Source: a virus
Reading direction: 5' to 3' (one strand)
Length of the DNA stretch: 64,000 nt
IMG/VR virus record: IMGVR_UViG_3300042864_001965
The notes beneath the pieces are model-generated. The model saw only the letters and a list, made by a program, of their open reading frames with translations, searched no databases and was not told the origin of the DNA. The stretch's first letter is position 1. Every line of letters begins with the position of its first letter. The position numbers and the translations under genes were made by a program. Of this stretch, positions 35,057 through 43,264 are shown one piece after another.

Positions 35057-35085
35057 AAATCCTCGTTAATAGTTGTAAAAATATT

Positions 35086-35364
35086 CTAATCAATTTGATT
35101 TACTAGAGACTCCCGATAAAGTCTTTCACGCTCTATCCAGAAACGAGCAGAAGGTACGCCTAAAGCTAATTCCATTTTATAAGCAATGCAAACAGTAATT
35201 TCTGCCTTACCTTTTATGAGTTGATTAATAGTCTTTTTCGGCAACTCCATGCGACTAGCAAATTCAGTTCTAGTTATTTTTCTTTCTTTTAGGATTTTAG
35301 CAAGGGTTTCTCCCGGCGGAGACACAAAATTTGGGGTGTATGTGTTCTCGGTAGTATTAGTCAT
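35086..35364 (-). CDS. XRE/HigA-family HTH protein
   Basis: GETLAKILKERKITRTEFASRMELPKKTINQLIKGKAEIT. Confidence 0.6.
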   Translation of the reverse strand: MTNTTENTYTPNFVSPPGETLAKILKERKITRTEFASRMELPKKTINQLIKGKAEITVCIAYKMELALGVPSARFWIERERLYRESLVNQID

Positions 35365-35378
35365 AGATTTTCGTTAAA

Positions 35379-35744
35379 CTACATATTTTTCCATATTCCA
35401 GGCGGAATTAGACATTTTTGAACACCCCATAAAGCGCATTGTTTTTTTTCGTCATCGTCAATCATGTCTTTGGCTATATCCCATCCTGTATGCTGATAGA
35501 AAAAGAACATAAACTTAGGTTGAGTCGAAATATTAAATTTTTTTAAAATTGCCGTCGTATAATCATTTACTATTTCAGTTTTTAGTAAAAGTTTTTTAGC
35601 AATTTCTTTATTATCAAACCTACAAAGAAAATAAAAACAGATTTTTTTCTCTAAAAGAGATAATTGATACCAGCAAAGCCAAAAATGACGCTGGCTTGGA
35701 GACATACATTCTTCAATTTCTTCTTCCATTGTTTTACTCCTCAT
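35379..35744 (-). CDS. hypothetical protein, weak LuxR/GerE-like HTH
   Basis: LSLLEKKICFYFLCRFDNKEIAKKLLLKTEIVNDYTTAILKKF. Confidence 0.3.
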   Translation of the reverse strand: MRSKTMEEEIEECMSPSQRHFWLCWYQLSLLEKKICFYFLCRFDNKEIAKKLLLKTEIVNDYTTAILKKFNISTQPKFMFFFYQHTGWDIAKDMIDDDEKKQCALWGVQKCLIPPGIWKNM

Positions 35745-35747
35745 TGA

Positions 35748-36284
35748 TTACAAAAAATCGTGAACAAAATAATTGACAACCTTGACTGCTTCCTTGCCTC
35801 TTGGAATAAAATCAATATCTAAGGTAATAAACATAAAAGGGTCTTCTGTTTTTTTTGTGTTTTCCAGCTTATGGCAGCAGGATATGTCCAGCAGTAAAAT
35901 ATCTCCTGCTTTTAAGACTAATTTTTGAGTATCTTTTCTTTGGACTAATAAAGAGTTTATTTGATCATCCATACTTTTAAAGGGATTATAATCTTTCAGG
36001 AGTTTTTCTAAAGTATTATTGTTTACTGTAGAAGCGTATAATTTATAGTTGTCACTCTGAACAACTAAAATAATTGAATATTTTTTATCTTCATCAATGT
36101 CGTCAACGTGCCATTCTACTCCCAATGTCCACCATAGAGAATAAGGATCAAACAACTCTAAAGGATTGTTAACCCAATTGTGTTTTGCTCTTGTAGAAAA
36201 GGTAGTAGAACTGCAAACCAATTCTACTATCTTGTTTAGCTTGTCTAAATTGCGATATTTGCCTAATTTATGCAGAGGTTTCAT
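35748..36284 (-). CDS. hypothetical protein, possible 2OG-Fe(II) oxygenase-like fold
   Basis: An HxD (EWHVDD) and a later His (DISCCHKL) have cupin-like spacing. This is weak, motif-only evidence. Confidence 0.3.
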   Translation of the reverse strand: MKPLHKLGKYRNLDKLNKIVELVCSSTTFSTRAKHNWVNNPLELFDPYSLWWTLGVEWHVDDIDEDKKYSIILVVQSDNYKLYASTVNNNTLEKLLKDYNPFKSMDDQINSLLVQRKDTQKLVLKAGDILLLDISCCHKLENTKKTEDPFMFITLDIDFIPRGKEAVKVVNYFVHDFL

Positions 36285-36309
36285 TTTTTATTTGGTTGAT
36301 GGTTATTGA

Positions 36310-36336
36310 CTGATAACTAATAACTGATCGATAAAC
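36310..36336. repeat. heptamer tract (CTGATAA variants)
   Basis: CTGATAACTAATAACTGATCGATAAAC. Confidence 0.8.
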
Positions 36337-36791
36337 TAAGTAAACAGTCTTGATGCAATACTAAGTAAATATATCCATTCTTCTTCAAGCATTAATTCCG
36401 TTTTAGAAGAATCGGCTATATTAAACAAACAAAAGTTAACTTTGTTTATAGGATTACCATCGTAGAATAACTCAATATCAGTATATGGGAATCTTGTCAT
36501 AAAGCCAAACTTAAAGTCGGCATTTTGGCGATTTTCGCAGGTTAGTGTAGCAGAATGATCTAAATTTATTTTTAGTTTCCAGTCAATAATCAAAGGAAAA
36601 TCTTCTTTAAAATAATTTTCCTTTATCCATTTATCAATTTCATCTATTATTTGTCTTTGACCCTTTTGAATAAAATAGTGAATGCCTTCCGAATATCGAA
36701 ACGGGAATAACTTTGTTTCGTACCACTTTAACTTAAAGTCTTGTGGCTCTGAGTCAATTTTAGGGAATTGCCCTATGTTTATCGTTGCCAT
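36336..36791 (-). CDS. hypothetical protein (151 aa)
   Basis: TAGGAG Shine-Dalgarno; intact ORF. Confidence 0.45.
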   Translation of the reverse strand: MATINIGQFPKIDSEPQDFKLKWYETKLFPFRYSEGIHYFIQKGQRQIIDEIDKWIKENYFKEDFPLIIDWKLKINLDHSATLTCENRQNADFKFGFMTRFPYTDIELFYDGNPINKVNFCLFNIADSSKTELMLEEEWIYLLSIASRLFT

Positions 36792-37137
36792 TTTTTTACT
36801 CCTAAATAATTTGTTTACTGATAACTGATACCTAGCTAAAATTAATCAAAAATTGAACAGAGTAGTCGATTGGTCTGTATAAGTTTAACCATTTTTTGCA
36901 ATGTTCGTAAAATTCAGCTTTACTGCTTGTTTTATACCATATTGCATGAATTATCTCGGAATTGAGTCATTGATTCCATGCCTACATTTGGGCTTCGCCT
37001 GTCTAGTCAGAATTGTTTTGATTGCCTTGTTTTTGCCTTATGACACTTATCTCCTAATCAATTTTTCTATTTTTTTTAAACAGCAATTTTTTCTTTGATG
37101 TTTTTTTCTGTTTTTGTGCAACTGATTACTGATAACC

Positions 37138-37383
37138 TTAATCTTCTATGCGCCAATCTGCATTTGCTACAACATCATCAAAATTGTCGTAAATAATTTT
37201 GATGCCTTCCTGCTCTATATCCCACCAGCAATCTTGATCAATGTGGGAATTTAGCCAAATTTTCTTAAATTTTTCTTCTGCTTTTTCTCGGCTTTTAGCC
37301 TCTATCCTCAATTTGAATGTTATGGTTTGAGTCCCTGTATAGGAAAAAACTGCATCTCTTTCGTGAAAATTAATAGAAGTCAT
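37138..37383 (-). CDS. hypothetical protein (81 aa) sharing N-terminus MTSINF.ERD with 26143..27063
   Basis: The first ~30 nt of coding sequence are near-identical to 27034-27063. It is driven by promoter-operator copy 5. Confidence 0.5.
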   Translation of the reverse strand: MTSINFHERDAVFSYTGTQTITFKLRIEAKSREKAEEKFKKIWLNSHIDQDCWWDIEQEGIKIIYDNFDDVVANADWRIED

Positions 37384-37418
37384 AGCTTGTTACTTTGTGC
37401 TTTTGTTTACTTGATTTT

Positions 37419-37461
37419 ATCTTGCATTATTCTCCCAGTAAAATTAACTATCTGGGAGAAT
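37419..37461 (-). promoter_or_regulatory. promoter-operator copy 5 (weaker -35 TTAATT)
   Basis: ATTCTCCCA-N15-TGGGAGAAT is conserved. Confidence 0.45.
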
Positions 37462-37495
37462 AATTTCTGAACGTTTGTACTACTTGATAGCTAAT

Positions 37496-37873
37496 CTAAG
37501 GCTTTTGTAAGAACAAGCACCCTAGAATTAGTCCGGGGTTATTCTTGTCTCGGACTAATCCTCCGGGTGCAAGACAGTCCGTGCGTCCTATCTTAGCGGC
37601 CGCAGAGGCCACTAAGCCTGACACGATGTAGTAAACCCCTTCTTGATAGTCAGGAAGCCCTTCGATCTGCCCATAAGTGACGGATTCAACAGGAATACCG
37701 TCAATTTCCCCCGCAGAAGAATTGGCAATTGACACACGGGGAAGTATCCCACTCGGAGGAATACTTCTGATAATTTCAACAGTTTCAGCAAGAAACTGTT
37801 TTTTGCTATCCTGTTCTACCCTTTGTTTGGAAACAAGGGTTATTTCGTGAGGCGTGGCGTTGAGAATAGTCAT
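37496..37873 (-). CDS. hypothetical protein (125 aa)
   Basis: TAGGAG Shine-Dalgarno; intact ORF. Confidence 0.45.
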   Translation of the reverse strand: MTILNATPHEITLVSKQRVEQDSKKQFLAETVEIIRSIPPSGILPRVSIANSSAGEIDGIPVESVTYGQIEGLPDYQEGVYYIVSGLVASAAAKIGRTDCLAPGGLVRDKNNPGLILGCLFLQKP

Positions 37874-37892
37874 TGTTTACTCCTAATAGGTT

Positions 37893-37917
37893 GCTGATAA
37901 CTGATAACTAATAACTG
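37893..37917. repeat. heptamer tract
   Basis: CTGATAACTGATAACTAATAACTGG. Confidence 0.85.
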
Positions 37918-37933
37918 GAAACTAATTAATGAT

Positions 37934-38245
37934 TCACCAAATTACTAAAAAAATAGATGGGATTAATAATCTTAGTGGAGAAACCATGTCGGTAATAATT
38001 CCAGTACATTCTTTTCTGTTAATAACTTCATACTGCCTAACCCACTCAAGCCTATAATAAATATAGTCACAATATACATATTTAATAATTACTGGATAGT
38101 ATCCAGATATTATTTTTCTTAGCGAAGAAAATAAAAGAGGTTTTTTTTCTGAGAATAACTCTTGGTATTTGTTTTTATGCCCTATTTCTTCTGGGTGAAA
38201 TCTTTTCCACAGGTCTAGTTCTTCAAATAATTTATCAAAATCCAT
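37934..38245 (-). CDS. hypothetical protein (103 aa)
   Basis: TAGGAG Shine-Dalgarno. Confidence 0.4.
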   Translation of the reverse strand: MDFDKLFEELDLWKRFHPEEIGHKNKYQELFSEKKPLLFSSLRKIISGYYPVIIKYVYCDYIYYRLEWVRQYEVINRKECTGIITDMVSPLRLLIPSIFLVIW

Positions 38246-38260
38246 TTGTTTGCTCCTAAA

Positions 38261-38299
38261 TGATTACTAATGAATGATAACTGATAACTGATGACTAAT
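38261..38299. repeat. heptamer tract
   Basis: TGATTACTAATGAATGATAACTGATAACTGATGACTAAT. Confidence 0.8.
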
Positions 38300-38302
38300 T
38301 CA

Positions 38303-38833
38303 TTAATCACAAACTACCCGAAAACCAATATTGCTGGGGCAATATTCTTCAAAATAGCGGTAACTAAGTCGTGCCGCACGACATCCATGATCACAGGTGT
38401 CGAATCCGCCCCCACGGGGAACGTTTTGACACCATTCCCAGACGTTGCCGTGCATATCGTACAATCCCCAACCATTGGGCTTTTTCTGCCCCACAGGATG
38501 AGTTATAAATCCAGAATTTTCGCTATACCAAGCATAATCTCCTAACTGATTGACATCATTACCAAAATAATATGTAGTAGTTGTACCTGCTCGACAAGCA
38601 TATTCCCATTCTGAATTTGTAGGTAGGCGATAGTTTTTCCCTGTTATTTCACTTAATTTTTGGCAAAAAGCTACGGCATTATTATAACTAACCTGCTCTA
38701 CTGGATGTTGGGGGTTGTTCATAAAATAAGAAGGATTAGTTTCCATTACCTCTTGATATTGTTCTTGAGTTATTGGATATTTTCCAATTTTAAAGGTTAC
38801 ATTCGGAATCTCTATCATTTCAATCTCAATCAT
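38303..38833 (-). CDS. formylglycine-generating-enzyme (FGE-sulfatase/SUMF1) domain protein
   Basis: HPVEQVSYNNAVAFC, YRLPTNSEWEYACRAG, THPVGQKKPNGWGLYDMHGNVWEWC and IGFRVV. The start is trimmed to MIEIEMIEIP (TAGGAG Shine-Dalgarno). Confidence 0.75.
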   Translation of the reverse strand: MIEIEMIEIPNVTFKIGKYPITQEQYQEVMETNPSYFMNNPQHPVEQVSYNNAVAFCQKLSEITGKNYRLPTNSEWEYACRAGTTTTYYFGNDVNQLGDYAWYSENSGFITHPVGQKKPNGWGLYDMHGNVWEWCQNVPRGGGFDTCDHGCRAARLSYRYFEEYCPSNIGFRVVCD

Positions 38834-38861
38834 TGTTTTACTCCTAAATAATTTGTTTTTG

Positions 38862-38887
38862 CTGATAACTGACAACTGATAACTAAT
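38862..38887. repeat. heptamer tract
   Basis: CTGATAACTGACAACTGATAACTAAT. Confidence 0.85.
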
Positions 38888-38889
38888 AT

Positions 38890-39177
38890 TTAGTCAGGAA
38901 TATCATACTCATTACCGTACCCAGTCCAAACTCGACCAACGATTTGCTCATCAATCCATTCTTTTAGACCCGGCGATAATTCAAGTGTTGTAATGACTGA
39001 ATATGATGCAATTGGATCGTCGAACACTACATAATATTGTTCAGTGTTTTCAATTTGCGAACAAGGTAATAAATTCTCGTAAGTATCTAAAACACATAGT
39101 ATGTATTTCGTACTGACAATAACAGCAATTCTGCCGCCTGACCTCAAAGAAACACCTTCGATGCGAATACTTTTCAT
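38890..39177 (-). CDS. hypothetical protein (95 aa; start trimmed to MKSIRIEG)
   Basis: The track start lies inside a heptamer tract. The internal ATG has an AGGGG Shine-Dalgarno. Confidence 0.4.
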   Translation of the reverse strand: MKSIRIEGVSLRSGGRIAVIVSTKYILCVLDTYENLLPCSQIENTEQYYVVFDDPIASYSVITTLELSPGLKEWIDEQIVGRVWTGYGNEYDIPD

Positions 39178-39203
39178 TTTTTTGACCCCTAAATAATTGT
39201 TAG

Positions 39204-39235
39204 CTGACAACTGATGACTGACAACTGATAACTAG
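39204..39235. repeat. heptamer tract
   Basis: CTGACAACTGATGACTGACAACTGATAACTAG. Confidence 0.85.
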
Positions 39236-39239
39236 TATA

Positions 39240-39677
39240 TTAAAACTCTTGCCATGTCATTGGGTCGGTCATTGGTTCGCTGTATCGACTTAAATCCGAC
39301 GGCTCAGTATCATCATAAATAAAATCGTCTGTACGTTCATTAGAAGGAATCTCGTAGCAACGCCCTCCGCAATCCACGAATCCCATCGTAGAGGAAATAA
39401 CAAAAGATTTTTTGACGGGTTGAAATTTAATCTCAGGTAATTCGCGGTTGGGAAGTTTCCCATCGGGACTAAACCCACGACTTAACTTGCCATTAAAGGT
39501 ATCGAAAAACCATTCTTTACCAGTTTGCTGACAAGTGACTCGGAGGGTCGTTATTTGTCCCTCTCCCCATACTTCAAGAGCGACACGGTGCTTTTGACCT
39601 TTGGCGATCATAGTGAAATTGCCAGATACGACGGGGACGGAGTTAGATTTGACAGATACGCGATTGGATGCTAACAT
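39240..39677 (-). CDS. hypothetical protein (145 aa)
   Basis: Intact ORF; first gene of the minus-strand string that diverges from the Cro-like gene. Confidence 0.45.
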   Translation of the reverse strand: MLASNRVSVKSNSVPVVSGNFTMIAKGQKHRVALEVWGEGQITTLRVTCQQTGKEWFFDTFNGKLSRGFSPDGKLPNRELPEIKFQPVKKSFVISSTMGFVDCGGRCYEIPSNERTDDFIYDDTEPSDLSRYSEPMTDPMTWQEF

Positions 39678-39838
39678 GACTTAGACCTAATAAGGGTTAA
39701 CGGAAAGGCGATCACACTAAGTGGAATTGGGAGTGGTCGTCTTTCTCTATATCTGTATATTACCGTAAAGTCAGTAATATTGTCAAGCATTATTCCAAAA
39801 AAAGTTATAATAAATTATAGAGACACAAAACTAATACA

Positions 39839-40042
39839 ATGGTACTAAAAAACAGAGTCAAGGAATTTACAGAATCTAGAGGCATCACAATCTATAAATT
39901 CATTCAGCAAACAGGGATTGCGATGTCCACGGGATACAAGCTATCTCAGAATCCTAATCACTTGCCGTCTATCACAGTTTTGCAGGTAATCTGTGATAGG
40001 TACGAGATACAGCCTAACGAAATTGTCTATTGGATTGATTGA
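39839..40042 (+). CDS. Cro/CI-type HTH regulator (67 aa)
   Basis: RVKEFTESRGITIYKFIQQTGIAMSTGYKLSQN; divergent from the early-gene string. Confidence 0.6.
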   Translation: MVLKNRVKEFTESRGITIYKFIQQTGIAMSTGYKLSQNPNHLPSITVLQVICDRYEIQPNEIVYWID

Positions 40043-40077
40043 AAAGCTAGAATTAAGGAAAATGTAGGCTAGGACAA

Positions 40078-40746
40078 ATGAAGCAAATTACAGCAATATT
40101 TAACACTTATCTGAAAAAAACTCCAGACTCAGCGTCTGATTTGAAAGAAGATCAGTTAATTTTTGTAGAAAAAAATCGAAATTATCCTGTAGATAAAGTT
40201 TTATCTGAATATGGATTGCACATTCAGGTAAAACTTAGCTACAGCGCAGGTGATTGGTGGATATTCAAGCCGCATTGGGATTTATCTGATTTACCTAATA
40301 CCTTACCTGTGACAGCCGTTTTTAAGTTTCCTGTAAGTCGATCTCCTAAGTTGATTGAAGGAATTTTGCAATTTTATCGAGGAAATGATAAAGCAATTGA
40401 AGTAGTGGCTACCAGTGGCTCAATTGGGTATCAATACCGAAGTGCCGAAAAAATTGTAGGCAAGGGACAAATACCAGAAGGAAATCATTGGCAAATCAAT
40501 ACTAGGGGGTATTGGTTGGATACAAAAGGTGTTGAGGGGATGTTTTTTCATATTACGCCTGATCCTTACAAAGGATCAGGGTTTTCTCGATCAGAACTTG
40601 GATTACATCGAGACGCTAATGTGCCTGGAAGCGCGGGCTGTATTGTAGTTAGAAATAGTCAAATTTTTAACAACCAAATAGTTAACTATTTGACTGGTTT
40701 AAGTCGGGAACAAAAAACAGTAAACTTATTAGTACAATACACTTGA
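40078..40746 (+). CDS. protein with L,D-transpeptidase-like (YkuD/DUF2778-type) catalytic motif
   Basis: C-terminal LGLHRDANVPGSAGCIVVRN (H...S.GC[IV]). Motif-only evidence. Confidence 0.4.
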   Translation: MKQITAIFNTYLKKTPDSASDLKEDQLIFVEKNRNYPVDKVLSEYGLHIQVKLSYSAGDWWIFKPHWDLSDLPNTLPVTAVFKFPVSRSPKLIEGILQFYRGNDKAIEVVATSGSIGYQYRSAEKIVGKGQIPEGNHWQINTRGYWLDTKGVEGMFFHITPDPYKGSGFSRSELGLHRDANVPGSAGCIVVRNSQIFNNQIVNYLTGLSREQKTVNLLVQYT

Positions 40747-40772
40747 CATTCTGTTTTTTGATGCGCTAATAT
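40743..40772 (+). promoter_or_regulatory. sigma70-like promoter TTGACA-18-TAATAT directly upstream of a tRNA
   Basis: The -10 ends 4 nt before the tRNA 5' end. Confidence 0.55.
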
Positions 40773-40776
40773 AAAA

Positions 40777-40849
40777 GCGGGGTGAGTGAAATGGTTTACA
40801 CATAGGCCTCATAAGCCTAAAACACTAGGTTCGACTCCTAGACCCCACA
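40777..40849 (+). tRNA. tRNA with CAU anticodon (Met or Ile2)
   Basis: Acceptor GCGGGGT/ACCCCAC with a C2:A71 mismatch, D-arm GTG-AAATGGTTTA-CAC, anticodon stem TAGGC/GCCTA with loop CTCATAA, T-arm CTAGG-TTCGACT-CCTAG. Confidence 0.7.
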
Positions 40850-40863
40850 CTAAGGAACAAAAT

Positions 40864-40925
40864 CTTAATTAAGAGAATTATCGAATTTTTGAATGTCAGT
40901 AAGGGGTTTTTGACTGACAGGGGGA
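40864..40925 (-). pseudogene. remnant of a PadR-gene 3' end
   Basis: About 45 nt are roughly 85 percent identical by eye to 42662-42710, the C-terminal coding end of the PadR gene. It has no ORF context. Confidence 0.5.
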
Positions 40926-41151
40926 CAAGAAGGCTGAATCCATATATCATAAGCTTTTCATGGTTTTAGCTCGAAAAAATTCGCCGCACCATATCTCGCT
41001 TATTAATAATAATTTTTAGTAAGCTTGCTCCTGTCCCTAATTCTTTCGTTAGCTTTTTGCTTAGAATCGCTAGTTCTTTAAATCAGGTGCAGAACCCCGC
41101 AAGGGAAAGAAACAGAAACCTAAATCGTGAGGTTTGGGAATCACCGTCCGT

Positions 41152-41733
41152 TTACGGCGGTGAGGGTGAAACTTCCGGTGTCACGGTTTCGATCGCCAGT
41201 CGGGACGGAGGGGGAAGGGGGGAAGGTTCCCCGGTGGAAATTGGGGAAGCGATCAAAGCCGATTGCTGTAACCTTAGCAGTCTTTCCATATTGTCTAGCC
41301 GTGATTTAATTGACGCTATTTGATGATCGACTTGAAGCGACCTATCTCTGATTTTTTGATTAACATCCTTGATGTCGCCGTCAACAGCCAGAACCCAGTT
41401 GCCAAGCCGATCCTTTACAACCTCTACAACCTCTATACTCGGTACATTATCGGGTAAGTGATTAGATAGCTTTTTTTCGAGAATCTCATCAATCTTTTTC
41501 TTGATCGCATCCTCACTAAATTTACTAGGTACGGTATCGAGTAACGGACTACCTACTAACTCAGGATTATAGGCTAAAAGCTTTAATAATTCGACGATTC
41601 CAGTGCCAAGAGAAGGGTAAATATTCCCTTCCTTATCCTTCCGGGTGATACCGTATTTATTGCAGTATCCAGTAATGAAATCTTCTATATCCTTTGGTAA
41701 ATAGCAAGTTACAGCCTTGTTGTTTGTGGTCAT
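41152..41733 (-). CDS. hypothetical protein (193 aa) with Pro/Ser-rich tail
   Basis: Intact ORF. Confidence 0.45.
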   Translation of the reverse strand: MTTNNKAVTCYLPKDIEDFITGYCNKYGITRKDKEGNIYPSLGTGIVELLKLLAYNPELVGSPLLDTVPSKFSEDAIKKKIDEILEKKLSNHLPDNVPSIEVVEVVKDRLGNWVLAVDGDIKDVNQKIRDRSLQVDHQIASIKSRLDNMERLLRLQQSALIASPISTGEPSPLPPPSRLAIETVTPEVSPSPP

Positions 41734-41740
41734 GGGTAAG

Positions 41741-41879
41741 TTACCTAGTCGGTTACTTCTTTAGTCTAATACCTTACCGTACCCTAGTAAGTGACCTATA
41801 AGATATAGTAATGTTTTGTGGTCAATTACCTAGTAAAGTCTGATTAATGGGTAGTTGACTTAGGTAAGTGACTAGGGTA
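41741..41879. promoter_or_regulatory. divergent control region with four copies of T[TA]CC[CT]TAGT
   Basis: TTACCTAGT at 41741 and 41826, TACCCTAGT at 41780, and inverted ACTAGGGTA at 41871. GTAAGTGAC is also repeated. Confidence 0.45.
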
Positions 41880-41955
41880 TTATAGAGATATAAGGGGTTG
41901 AGAGAACACCACAGAAAACCCCGCAGAACCTAGAAAACTAAAGAGGATTAAAGAT

Positions 41956-42537
41956 ATGTTATTCGCTTCCAAGATCAATGAAGTTAATGCAACTATTTCT
42001 CAGATTTCCCATGAAATCGAGGATTTACAGGCACGGATTGAAGCTTTAAGGATCGAAAAGCTTGAACTGGAACAGTATCAACAGCAACTCGGATCGGCTG
42101 AAAATGCTTCCGAGAGTGCGATCGAACAGGTCAAAACTGCATTGGCTATGATTAAAGCCATTAGCCCGGATGAAAAAGCTACCTTCAAGGATGCCCTAAT
42201 TAGCCTTTTTGATGACGCTGACATTCCCTTACTGGCAAGCGCCGAACCCGATCCCGATCCCGAACCGTCGGATGATGCGATTGAGGATGCGATCAAGACT
42301 TCCCCCAATGAGAACGGTCACAATGGTCACAATGGCAATGGGAACGGTCACGCCATTGACATAGAAGCGTTAGAGATAGGGGTCAGTGACCTCACAGCTT
42401 TCCTAAACAAGTTAGGAATCAATGAACTGCGAAAACTAGCCAAAAAACACCGATTAGATAGTAAGGGTGCGAAATTCATCCTGATTCACCGATTAATCGA
42501 GTCTGGCATCTCAGAAGCTGATCTAGTGGCAAGTTAA
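41956..42537 (+). CDS. hypothetical coiled-coil protein with C-terminal SAP-like motif
   Basis: INELRKLAKKHRLDSKGAKFILIHRLIESG; AAGAGGA Shine-Dalgarno. Confidence 0.45.
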   Translation: MLFASKINEVNATISQISHEIEDLQARIEALRIEKLELEQYQQQLGSAENASESAIEQVKTALAMIKAISPDEKATFKDALISLFDDADIPLLASAEPDPDPEPSDDAIEDAIKTSPNENGHNGHNGNGNGHAIDIEALEIGVSDLTAFLNKLGINELRKLAKKHRLDSKGAKFILIHRLIESGISEADLVAS

Positions 42538-42649
42538 AGCGATAATCACCCCGACCGATCGCGACGGTCGGGTGCAATCCTCTAAACTAAATTATCTAAA
42601 ATTCGGTTTGAAGACTCTCAGTTTTACCGATGAGATGAAAACCGACATT

Positions 42650-42943
42650 TCAAGTAAAATTCCAATTAAGAGAATTATCAAATCCTTGAATATCAGCAAG
42701 GGATTTTTCTCCTGATTGGGTAAGTCGATAGTATCTTTTTCTAGCACCGGCTCTATCGTTAGATCGCTCGGTTCCCCATCGAGATTTAATGAGTCCTTTT
42801 TCCTCTAATTTCTGAAATACAGGGTAAAACGAGCCAATATCAAGGCTTTGACCTTTAGTATTGGCTATAGATTCAATTATCTGTAATCCCGACAATTCTT
42901 TATTGTAAAGAGTCTGCAAGACAAGAATTTCTTTAGGTGTCAT
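42650..42943 (-). CDS. PadR-family transcriptional regulator
   Basis: LSGLQIIESI...GSFYPVFQKLEEKGLIKSRW...RKRYYRLTQSGEKSL. Confidence 0.75.
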   Translation of the reverse strand: MTPKEILVLQTLYNKELSGLQIIESIANTKGQSLDIGSFYPVFQKLEEKGLIKSRWGTERSNDRAGARKRYYRLTQSGEKSLADIQGFDNSLNWNFT

Positions 42944-42947
42944 CGTT

Positions 42948-43187
42948 TTAAAGTTTTCTAATCGGTCTTTTTCTGGGTGATTGTCGATCTTGAATTAAAT
43001 CTTGGTTTTCCTCAAGGAAAGACTCTAGCTGATCATCGGGGATTTCTCTGATCTCTCTGGTTTTCAGTAAAACAATAACCCTAGATTGTGGTGGTTTGAC
43101 GACATTCGACTTGAAATCAGGAGGAATCCCCGGTAATCGGTCAATTTTTGCTGAATACCCACCACATCGGTCAAATTTGTCAGACAT
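42948..43187 (-). CDS. hypothetical protein (79 aa)
   Basis: Lies upstream of the PadR gene in the same operon. Confidence 0.4.
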   Translation of the reverse strand: MSDKFDRCGGYSAKIDRLPGIPPDFKSNVVKPPQSRVIVLLKTREIREIPDDQLESFLEENQDLIQDRQSPRKRPIRKL

Positions 43188-43205
43188 ATTTTAAATACGG
43201 TATAA
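43176..43205 (+). promoter_or_regulatory. sigma70-like promoter TTGTCA-18-TATAAT
   Basis: Same architecture as the Rha promoter. It overlaps the start of the divergent ORF. Confidence 0.55.
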
Positions 43206-43211
43206 TATTGG

Positions 43212-43235
43212 TATGCCCCCGCGTTAACGGGGGAC
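43212..43235 (+). promoter_or_regulatory. conserved leader hairpin (copy C)
   Basis: ATGCCCCCGcgttaaCGGGGGACTCATC lies directly after the -10. Confidence 0.6.
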
Positions 43236-43264
43236 TCATCACAATTACTACTACAGAGTAAATC

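Noticed and set aside
40777-40849. The tRNA as a prophage attachment-site boundary
   Set aside because: Phage-type genes continue on both sides. No integrase is present, and I saw no direct repeat of the tRNA 3' end within the window.
41057-41323. Plus-strand ORFs 41057..41323 and 41127..41309 in a locally GC-rich patch
   Set aside because: They are antisense to the 3' end of the longer minus-strand ORF 41152..41733. That ORF's Pro/Ser-rich tail explains the composition.
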